NCBI GenBank assembly: GCA_964549935.1
Contig: CAZJVT010000002.1
Coordinates: 121,336 to 185,335 of the forward strand
Reading direction: 5' to 3'
DNA: 64,000 bases
From: an uncultured Candidatus Saccharibacteria bacterium
GTDB taxonomy: Bacteria > Patescibacteriota > Minisyncoccia > UBA6257 > 1-14-0-10-44-23
The translations under genes and the position numbers were made by a program. Below the pieces are notes generated by a model, which worked only from the letters and a program-made list of their open reading frames with translations, had not been told where the DNA came from and searched no databases. Positions within the stretch are counted from its first letter, which is position 1; every line of letters begins with the position of its first letter. Of the stretch, positions 56,301-64,000 are shown piece by piece.

Positions 56301-58289
56301 CTACTGTAACATATTTAAAACTTTTTTTAATTGCGAAAAAACAGGGGCATCGCGCGGAATTTTTTCAATAGCCGAACAACGATTAAGGACGCCCTCAATC
56401 GCTTCCTTGTAAGCTGCGCGAAACTCAGAAGATTTAGCCGAGAGAGCCTTTTCTAAATCAGGGTGGTTCATTGAGTTGAACATGCTGGCAAGAAATTCCG
56501 CCGGATTGTCTTGTGCGTGACCAGCGTTTTCAACATTTGGAAGGAAATGATCCTCATTAAGTTCCGCGAAAAAAGAACCCGCGACAAGAAGCTCTGTGTG
56601 CAGCTTCTTTAAAGCATCATCCGCAGTGATGCCAAAGCGCAAATCAATGACATGAATCGTCTCGTGAAAACCCGTCACGCGCTGTGAGCCTTTTTCTTTA
56701 AAAATTTCATCTTGTAAATTAACTATTCTTGGGTCTTTGCGGTTTACAAAAGCATTTGCCCGCCTCGAGTTCACGACATATATAGAATCAACAGCTCCTC
56801 CTTCTTCAAGACCAAAAAGGTTTTCGGCATCATGAATCCCGCTCGCAGCCTCCTCGAGACTTCTTTGGCTGGCGATCTTGAGGAAATTCTCAGAACTTAA
56901 ATTGGTGAAAATTCCATATTCCCCGATTTTCCGTACTGATGCCTCCGGCATACACTGCAGTAGGCCCGTAAACTGTGGCAAAGAAAGATAGGTCAAATCG
57001 GCGCAAAGTTCTTTGGCTCGTGGCTCTTCTCCGTTACTTAAGAGAGCAAGGGGCGGCTGGACGATAAAAGAACGACCAACCTCCTTCCAATATTTTCCGC
57101 CATCAGCTTCAATTCTTTCGAGTGTCCGAATCGGTGAACCCAAAACAATATTGCCGAAATTATCTTTTTCGCATTTAATTTCCACGGAAGAGGTGGTCGC
57201 CTTCCCCTGCTCTGATTCAGGGAAAAACTTACGAAAGAAAAGCTCTCGAACTTGGCCGTTGACCTTAACCTTGGAATAAGCATTACGCGCCAGAATTTCT
57301 TTTGTTAGACGTAAATCGACTGGAGGACGATCTATTTCTGCGCCCGCTGGAAGAGCTTCGATCGTCACCATATCGCATGTTGAGAAAATAGCCTCAAGGT
57401 TCTTTATTTCTTCCTGGCTTACGGGCTGATCAGACAACAATTCATAAGTAAAATTTTTCTTTTCAATGTGTTCCGGCTGGATTGAGTCAAGGAAAACCTG
57501 CTCCTTAGTACGGTCTTGCTCGGACGCAAAAAGAACGTCAAGCTCTTGCTGCTGTTCAGCAGTAAAAAAATTACCTTTATTTGATTGTGCCCGTACGGCA
57601 TCAAGATTGGTCTGATAGACTAAGGGCTCGTCTAGGCTGAGGTCAATAAAACGAAGGGTCAGCTGCCCGTCCTTGCCTCCGCTTACCTGGAGCTGCAAAG
57701 AAGGAATTTGTAAGGTATCGCTTTCTGCCAAAGACGGGTCAATCTCTTTGTTGATTCCATATTTAATGGCAATAAAATCATCAACTGTTCCATCTACGTA
57801 TCGTGAGACATTATTTCTGTGCGCTATATCTGAGAGCGCTGGCTCCATAATAGCTGTCGCGAAAGAACGCGCACTTTTTTCGACTGAGCTGCTATCGATC
57901 ACGTAGCCCCCCGCTGCCTGCACTTTATAACCGAGCCCCTTAAACCTAGAAACTTCGGCCCGAAACTTCTTAGCCTGATCTGCGATTTTTTCATCAGATC
58001 GTTGCGCGGCTTCCTGATGAACATCTTTTGGAGAAAAATCCTGCTCCTTTTCAACTGCTTTGGTTGCCGCGCATGCACTGAGTACATTTAAAGCTGCAAT
58101 ACTGATACCTAGGGTCAGTTGTTTCTTGGCTCTCTCATCAAACAATGAACCTGCTGCTTGCCGGACTCTCTCGAAAAACTTTTCTCGAATCGTGCGCGAT
58201 GTGGCGATAAGAGTTGAGCCAAAATCCTCCTTCTCTACAGCGAGAACTGCCCCGTGTTCTTCGTTTTGCGCAAAAAAATGCTCCGACAT
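56301..58289 (-). CDS. Large hypothetical protein with C-terminal zincin-like motif
   Basis: ANAF, HETIH, NPAEFLAS; lipobox-like LSAC near residue 72. Confidence 0.6.
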   Translation of the reverse strand: MSEHFFAQNEEHGAVLAVEKEDFGSTLIATSRTIREKFFERVRQAAGSLFDERAKKQLTLGISIAALNVLSACAATKAVEKEQDFSPKDVHQEAAQRSDEKIADQAKKFRAEVSRFKGLGYKVQAAGGYVIDSSSVEKSARSFATAIMEPALSDIAHRNNVSRYVDGTVDDFIAIKYGINKEIDPSLAESDTLQIPSLQLQVSGGKDGQLTLRFIDLSLDEPLVYQTNLDAVRAQSNKGNFFTAEQQQELDVLFASEQDRTKEQVFLDSIQPEHIEKKNFTYELLSDQPVSQEEIKNLEAIFSTCDMVTIEALPAGAEIDRPPVDLRLTKEILARNAYSKVKVNGQVRELFFRKFFPESEQGKATTSSVEIKCEKDNFGNIVLGSPIRTLERIEADGGKYWKEVGRSFIVQPPLALLSNGEEPRAKELCADLTYLSLPQFTGLLQCMPEASVRKIGEYGIFTNLSSENFLKIASQRSLEEAASGIHDAENLFGLEEGGAVDSIYVVNSRRANAFVNRKDPRIVNLQDEIFKEKGSQRVTGFHETIHVIDLRFGITADDALKKLHTELLVAGSFFAELNEDHFLPNVENAGHAQDNPAEFLASMFNSMNHPDLEKALSAKSSEFRAAYKEAIEGVLNRCSAIEKIPRDAPVFSQLKKVLNMLQ

Positions 58290-58507
58290 TATAGCGTCTC
58301 AATGATTTTCTTTAATGCGGCGACTTCATCTTCGCAAATCTTCTGAACTTTCAGGGGGTCACCGTCTTTCAATGCACTTATTTTTTCTCCTACTGCAATT
58401 GCGAAAGGCTCGTAAAGCTCAGGGTATTTTGCCAATAATTCGAAAACTTCGAGTTGCTGACTACTCTCTAAATCGCGGACTAAATAAGCAAGATCAATTT
58501 GTGTCAT
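58289..58507 (-). CDS. Small hypothetical protein
   Basis: 72 aa, overlapping nusB and the next ORF. Confidence 0.6.
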   Translation of the reverse strand: MTQIDLAYLVRDLESSQQLEVFELLAKYPELYEPFAIAVGEKISALKDGDPLKVQKICEDEVAALKKIIETL

Positions 58508-58941
58508 GCGGTGGGATTCTCTTTCTGCATCTTATGATACACGGTACCAAGCACGCCGTTAATAAACTTACCGGAGTTCGGGCCGCCGTAACTCTTAGCC
58601 ATCTCAATCGCCTCGTCGATGGCGACCGGAGCCGGAACCTCTTTGCGGTCGGCAAACAAAAGTTCGTAGAGTCCGATGCGCAGGGCGTTTCTGTCTATCG
58701 GCGCGATCTGGTCAATCGGCCACTCCGGAGCCGCCTCCATGATCGTCTTATCAATCTCCTTCATATGCGTCACCACGCCCGTCTTAAGCTTCGACATAAA
58801 CTCCTTTTCGGCCTCAAGACCCGGACCAAACTCGGCGGTGTTACGCGCGATGATAGTATCGAGGTCTTCTTTCTGGCCATAAAAATCCCACTCATAGAGG
58901 GACTGCAAAACTATTGAGCGTGCTAATTGACGACTGGCCAT
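58504..58941 (-). CDS. nusB: Transcription antitermination factor NusB
   Basis: [40 protein letters not shown]. Confidence 0.95.
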   Translation of the reverse strand: MASRQLARSIVLQSLYEWDFYGQKEDLDTIIARNTAEFGPGLEAEKEFMSKLKTGVVTHMKEIDKTIMEAAPEWPIDQIAPIDRNALRIGLYELLFADRKEVPAPVAIDEAIEMAKSYGGPNSGKFINGVLGTVYHKMQKENPTA

Positions 58942-59022
58942 AGTGATAGATATACAATAAACGAAAAACAATAAACAATCAAAGAAACGAAAACGGGGCT
59001 TGCGCCCCATTTTCTTACATTC

Positions 59023-59178
59023 TTATTTAGCAAGCCACTTCTTCGGGATAATCTTGTGCGGGAAGGTCGGCAGCTTGGTCTCCTTGTCTGCAACAATATT
59101 AAGAGGCTTTAAAGCCAAGTGGCTGCGGCGGCGGCGAACTTTACCGCTGGTAGGATGTTTAGGAGGTAGTGAACCCAT
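59023..59178 (-). CDS. rpmF: 50S ribosomal protein L32, absent from the ORF track
   Basis: MGSLPPKHPTSGKVRRRRSHLALKPLNIVADKETKLPTFPHKIIPKKWLAK; RRSH motif. Confidence 0.8.
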   Translation of the reverse strand: MGSLPPKHPTSGKVRRRRSHLALKPLNIVADKETKLPTFPHKIIPKKWLAK

Positions 59179-59304
59179 AGTGGTAGCTGTAATTACTAAT
59201 GCAAAAGAGAATACCAGAAAGACTTAAAATATGCAAATGGGTTCTCTGTCGGGGCGGCGCGCGCGGCGCCGCCCCGATCAGATCGCTCCCGGCCGAAGCC
59301 GGGG

Positions 59305-59802
59305 CTACTTCTTCGGCTGCTCGTCCGTAGTGACGTACGACACGAGCGCGATGTCCTTGAACTTGATCCCACGCTCGGGCGCGCTGCGCCAACCAGCATC
59401 GTCATAGAAGACTGTGTCGCCACGCAGATAGGGCACGAGGTCACCGTTGGACCGGACTTCGATGACGAACTCGCCGTTCTCGCCCGGTACCGCCGGCGTT
59501 TCGTCGCCCGCCCACAGGTACAGCTCGCCTTCGTAGACGCAGACGTCGAGCCTGGTCACCGAGCAGAAGAGAGGCTTGTTCTGGGCCTTGGCAGCCTCCT
59601 TGATCTCCAGCAGCTTGGGTCGATGGACGAAGTAGTCCACCGGAACCTTGGCGCTACCGACGTAGTCGATCTTCTGGGTTCGGTCGAAATCGCCAGCCTG
59701 GGCCGTCTCGACTCGGGTGACCGCGATCACCGCAATGACGATTGCGACCACCAACGCAACCGGAATCGCCACCTTCATCATCTTATCCAACGGATCTCTC
59801 AT
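59305..59802 (-). CDS. Orphan exported protein in a GC-rich cassette
   Basis: SD GGGAGGG, N-terminal TM/signal ending AQA, C/G-ending codons, GC hairpins after the stop. Confidence 0.7.
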   Translation of the reverse strand: MRDPLDKMMKVAIPVALVVAIVIAVIAVTRVETAQAGDFDRTQKIDYVGSAKVPVDYFVHRPKLLEIKEAAKAQNKPLFCSVTRLDVCVYEGELYLWAGDETPAVPGENGEFVIEVRSNGDLVPYLRGDTVFYDDAGWRSAPERGIKFKDIALVSYVTTDEQPKK

Positions 59803-60058
59803 CGAACCCTCCCTGCCACCTGCGGGACCATTCCCGTTTCGGACTCAACAACCCTAACAATTTTCTAGTAAAATCGTCAATTTGAGCCGGTGATTAAAAT
59901 GCGCTATCATATTAGTGTTAATTTTTTATCCAACTGGATAAAAAATTAAAAATAAATTGTATGTACACCCAATCTGCAACATATCTTAAACATCTTCCAG
60001 CGCGAGGTGTTTTTATTTTTTCCTATCTACTATCTACTGACTACTAACTACTACCCTT

Positions 60059-63000
60059 ATGAGCAAGTTCGTCCATTTACATACACACACGCATTACTCA
60101 TTGCTCGACGGGATGAGTAAAATTCCTGATTTAGTTGCTAAAGCCAAAGAACTCGGCATGACCTCACTGGCGATGACCGACCACGGCAATCTGTACGGCG
60201 CGATTGAGTTTTATAAAGAATGTTTAAAGGCCGGCATCAAGCCGATTCTTGGCGTTGAAGCGTATATCGCCCCGGGAGACCATAAAGACCGGTCCAGCGA
60301 CGGCGCGAACTCCGACCGGTACTACCACTTGATCCTTTTAGTCCAAAACGAAAAGGGCTGGAAAAACCTGCTCGAACTCGTTACGACCTCCTGGCTCGAA
60401 GGCTTTTACTACAAGCCCCGTATGGATAAGGCGATGCTGCGTGAGCGGCACGAGGGCTTAATCGCCACCTCGGCCTGTTTGGGCGGCGAACTTTCGCAGC
60501 TTATTCTGGCCAACCGACTCGCGGAGGCGGAAAAATTAATCCACGAGTATCAGGACATTTTCGGTAAAGAAAACTTTTATATCGAAATCGGCCGGCACCC
60601 GAAGATTCCGGATATCGAAAAAGTTAACCCGCACCTTATCGCACTGGCTAAAAAAACGGGTGCACCCCTAGTCGCCACCCAGGACAGTCACTACCTGAAC
60701 TCGGACGACAAAGACGTCCACGATATTTTGCTCGCCATTCAAACCGGTAAAAAAGTAAACGACCCGAAAAAGTTTACGCTCACGGACGACTTCTCGCTGA
60801 TGGCCGGTTCGCAGATGGAAAAGATTTTTGCCGACCTCCCCGAAGCAATCAGCAGCACGGCCGAAATCGCAGAGAAGTGCAACTTCTCGCTTGAGCTAGG
60901 TAAAATCCTGCTGCCGAAGTTCGATACGCCGGACGGATCGGATTCAAAGGCCTACCTGCGTAAGCTCGTTAATGAACGCGTCGCCGAACGCTACCCGAAG
61001 TTAGACGAAGTAACGACCACGCGCATTGAGTACGAACTTGGCATCATTGAAAAAACCGGTTTCGCCGATTACTTCTTAATCGTGCAGGACTTCATCAACT
61101 GGGCTAAGGACCGCGGTGTCGTCGTCGGCCCGGGCCGTGGTAGCGCCGCCGGTTCAATTATTTCGTACATCCTTCGCATCACCGACTTAGACCCAATTCA
61201 CTACGAACTGCTTTTTGAGCGTTTCTTAAACCCGGAGCGTATTCAAATGCCGGATATCGACGTGGACATCACCGACGTGCGTCGCGACGAGGTGTTTGGT
61301 TACCTCGAGGAAAAATACGGCAAGGACCGCGTTGCCCACATTATCACCTTCGGAACGATGGCGGCCCGCGCTTCAATCCGCGACGTCGGACGTGCGCTGG
61401 ATATCGAACTCGCCTTCTGTGACCGCCTCGCCAAACTTATTCCGATGGGTAAAGACCTGGATGAGGCTTTGGACGAAGTTGATGAGCTGGCCCAGATTTA
61501 TAAAGCCGATGAACGCGCCAAAACGATTATCAACGCCGCGCGTAAATTAGAAGGTGTCGCCCGCCACGCCTCGGTCCACGCCTGTGGTACGGTTATCGCC
61601 GCTGAGCCGCTGCCCCGCCGCGTGCCGCTGCAACACGCGCCACAGGATGATAAGGTCACTCTCACGCAGTTTGAAATGCACGCCATTGAAGATCTGGGCC
61701 TCCTGAAAATGGATATCTTGGGTCTTAAGAACCTGACTATTATAGAAGACACGATTCGCCTCGTGCAGGAGAAGACCGGCGAGCTGATGGATATGAGCAA
61801 ACTGCCGCTTGATGACAAAGCGACCTTTGAACTTTTCCAGAAGGCCGACACGGTCGGTGTCTTCCAGCTGGAATCCGGCGGTATGCGCCGCTACTTAAAG
61901 GAGCTCAAGCCGACGGAACTCGAAGACATCATCGCTATGGTCGCACTGTACCGCCCGGGTCCAATGGAACTAATCCCGAGCTACATCAACCGTAAGTACG
62001 GCAAGGAGGCGGTCTCCTACCAGCACCCGAAGCTGGAGCCAATCATGAAAAAGACCTACGGTATCGGTATTTATCAGGAGCAGATGATGCGCATCGCTTC
62101 AGATCTCGCCGGCTACTCGCTCGCCGAAGCCGACACGCTGCGTAAAGCCATCGGTAAAAAGATTAAAAAACTGCTCGACGAGCAGGAGGCTAAACTCGTC
62201 GCCGGTATGATTAAAAACGGCATTCCGGAAAAAACCGCCCGCATTATTTGGGAGCTCTTCCCGCCATTTGCCCGCTACGGTTTTAACCGCAGCCACGCGG
62301 CTTGTTACGCGATGATCGCCTACCGCACTGCTTATCTTAAGGCGCACTACCCGACGGAGTTTTTGACCGCACTCCTTAACTCCGAAAGCTCCGACATCGA
62401 CCGTATCTCATTCCTCATCGGCGAGGCGAAAAAAGCCAACGTCATTGTATTGCCGCCGGACATCAACAAAAGCTCCTCGGCCTTTGCACCGGAGGGCAGT
62501 AATGTCCGCTTCGGTCTGGCCGCCGTCAAAAATGTCGGTACCAACATCGTCGCAGCCATTATTGAGGAGCGTAGCCGTCGTGGCGAGTTTGCAACCTTTA
62601 GCGACATTCTTACTCGCGTGCAGCACAAAGACTTAAACAAAAAGTCACTGGAGTCGCTCATCAAATGTGGCGCCCTTGATTCATTTAATATCGAACGCAA
62701 TACCCTACTCGGGAGCATCGACGACATCACCAAATTTGCCCAGGCCGCGCGCAAAACCGCCGCGCCGCAAAGCGCAGGACTTTTTGGCAGCAGCTTTGTT
62801 TCAACAGCAGCCTCAAAAGCACTGCAACTTAAAGACGCGACTCCGGCAACGAATAAAGAAAAGTTGGCCTGGGAAAAAGAGTTGCTCGGCTTGTACGTCA
62901 GCGATCACCCGCTGACCATGATGGCGGCGCAAATTGAAACGATGAAGCCGACGAAGGTCAAGGACATGCTACTCGAGCGTAGCAACGTCAAAAACTACCG

Positions 63001-63235
63001 CGTCTGCGGAATGATCAGTTCGGTAAAGTCCATCATCACCAAAACTGGTAAGCCGATGTGCTTTGCCAAACTCGAGGACCACTCTGGCACCGTCGAGGTT
63101 GTCGTCTTCTCTGATGTCTACGCCAAAAACCAGACCTGCTTCAAAGAGGGTGCCATCATTGTCTGCATCGGCAAATTAAACTTTAGAAACGGCGAGACCA
63201 GCATGGTCTGCGATCAGGTGAAAGAAATAGTTTAG
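60059..63235 (+). CDS. dnaE: DNA polymerase III alpha subunit
   Basis: PHP domain HLHTHTHYSLLDG, GPGRGSAAGS, MPDIDVD, YGFNRSHA. Confidence 0.98.
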   Translation: MSKFVHLHTHTHYSLLDGMSKIPDLVAKAKELGMTSLAMTDHGNLYGAIEFYKECLKAGIKPILGVEAYIAPGDHKDRSSDGANSDRYYHLILLVQNEKGWKNLLELVTTSWLEGFYYKPRMDKAMLRERHEGLIATSACLGGELSQLILANRLAEAEKLIHEYQDIFGKENFYIEIGRHPKIPDIEKVNPHLIALAKKTGAPLVATQDSHYLNSDDKDVHDILLAIQTGKKVNDPKKFTLTDDFSLMAGSQMEKIFADLPEAISSTAEIAEKCNFSLELGKILLPKFDTPDGSDSKAYLRKLVNERVAERYPKLDEVTTTRIEYELGIIEKTGFADYFLIVQDFINWAKDRGVVVGPGRGSAAGSIISYILRITDLDPIHYELLFERFLNPERIQMPDIDVDITDVRRDEVFGYLEEKYGKDRVAHIITFGTMAARASIRDVGRALDIELAFCDRLAKLIPMGKDLDEALDEVDELAQIYKADERAKTIINAARKLEGVARHASVHACGTVIAAEPLPRRVPLQHAPQDDKVTLTQFEMHAIEDLGLLKMDILGLKNLTIIEDTIRLVQEKTGELMDMSKLPLDDKATFELFQKADTVGVFQLESGGMRRYLKELKPTELEDIIAMVALYRPGPMELIPSYINRKYGKEAVSYQHPKLEPIMKKTYGIGIYQEQMMRIASDLAGYSLAEADTLRKAIGKKIKKLLDEQEAKLVAGMIKNGIPEKTARIIWELFPPFARYGFNRSHAACYAMIAYRTAYLKAHYPTEFLTALLNSESSDIDRISFLIGEAKKANVIVLPPDINKSSSAFAPEGSNVRFGLAAVKNVGTNIVAAIIEERSRRGEFATFSDILTRVQHKDLNKKSLESLIKCGALDSFNIERNTLLGSIDDITKFAQAARKTAAPQSAGLFGSSFVSTAASKALQLKDATPATNKEKLAWEKELLGLYVSDHPLTMMAAQIETMKPTKVKDMLLERSNVKNYRVCGMISSVKSIITKTGKPMCFAKLEDHSGTVEVVVFSDVYAKNQTCFKEGAIIVCIGKLNFRNGETSMVCDQVKEIV

Positions 63236-63255
63236 ATGTTGTTATACTAACAATC

Positions 63256-64000
63256 ATGAAAAGAATCGGGCTCATCAGCCTCCTGCTCCTTAGTCTCCCG
63301 CTTATCGCCTCGGCATATGTCAGCCCCGGTAAACCAACTGGCTTTGTTAACGACTTTGCAAATGTTTTAAAATCCGAGGACAAACAAGTCATCGAGCAAA
63401 AAGCTCAAACCGTAAAAAATCAAACCGGTGCAGAAATCGCCATTGCCATCGTCCCCTCCCTCGGCGAGGACTCCGTAGAAGAATACGCGGTCTCGCTTTT
63501 TGAGGACTGGAAAATCGGACAGAAAGAAAAAGACAACGGCGTCTTGATCCTGCTTGCGATGGATAGCCACGATATCAAAATCGAAACCGGCTACGGCGCC
63601 GAAGGCAATCTGACCGATGCGCAGTCAAAGCAGATTATCGAGAAGATAATGGTCCCGGCCTTTAGAAATAACGACTTCGCCGGCGGACTAGCAGGCGCGG
63701 TTGAGGCTATTGGGCAAACCTTCGCCACCGGTGAGGTGTCGGTAACACAACCTGCGGGTAGTTTTCATTTCAATCTGTCGCCCAGCTTTTTTATCGCCCT
63801 GATGGTACTTTTCCAGATCTTAATAAGCATCATGGGTCGCAGCAAGTCTTGGTGGCTTGGTGGCGTGCTCGGTGGCATTGGCGCCACTGTTATCGGCCTG
63901 CTGTTTGGTTTTCTCTTCGCCGGCGCAATCGGTTTTCTTTTTCTTGTGCCGATAGGACTCTTGATTGACCGAGCCGTCTCGAAACAATACGCGGCGGCGG
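63256..64000 (+). CDS. TPM-domain (YgcG-like) protein, runs off window
   Basis: Manual translation: signal peptide, GFVNDFANVL, WKIGQKEKDNGVLIL, IETGYGAEG.LTD. Confidence 0.88.
   Translation, partial: MKRIGLISLLLLSLPLIASAYVSPGKPTGFVNDFANVLKSEDKQVIEQKAQTVKNQTGAEIAIAIVPSLGEDSVEEYAVSLFEDWKIGQKEKDNGVLILLAMDSHDIKIETGYGAEGNLTDAQSKQIIEKIMVPAFRNNDFAGGLAGAVEAIGQTFATGEVSVTQPAGSFHFNLSPSFFIALMVLFQILISIMGRSKSWWLGGVLGGIGATVIGLLFGFLFAGAIGFLFLVPIGLLIDRAVSKQYAAA

Noticed and set aside
1-64000. Alternative genetic code (TGA=Gly, code 25)
   Set aside because: Conserved genes translate full length under code 11, and TGA ends genes such as nusB.

Overview
This 64-kb window looks like chromosomal DNA of a small-genome bacterium, most likely Patescibacteria/CPR (Parcubacteria-like). 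That assignment is an inference from a short SMC, paired VirD4-like ATPases, a sigma-region-4/HARE-HTH protein, Cys-rich paralogs and housekeeping genes lacking Shine-Dalgarno (SD) sites. The housekeeping backbone comprises mnmA, efp, pepA, secDF, grpE-dnaK-dnaJ, corA, cysS, dnaB, recR, rplU, mraZ-rsmH-ftsL-ftsI-murF, rplJL with its L10 leader, rpsP-khpA-trmD, smc, rnc, nusB, rpmF and dnaE, plus three tRNAs (Lys-TTT, Glu-CTC, Val-CAC). The unusual signal lies between and inside these genes. (1) About seven GC-rich orphan cassettes each carry their own sigma70-like promoter, strong SD and structured leader/trailer, unlike the host genes. (2) Degenerate 7-9-nt tandem arrays show a fixed polarity relative to transcription and pair into stems; one stem encloses a four-helix-bundle (IVP/Avd-like) gene and others sit in frame inside essential genes. 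(3) A ~275-bp Y-shaped element is followed by a consensus promoter, boxA and terminator. (4) Several dispersed hairpin repeat families are present. (5) A decayed serine-recombinase tail marks an island at tRNA-Lys. No CRISPR array, reverse transcriptase, intact integrase or transposase was seen. All calls were made by eye without database searches.
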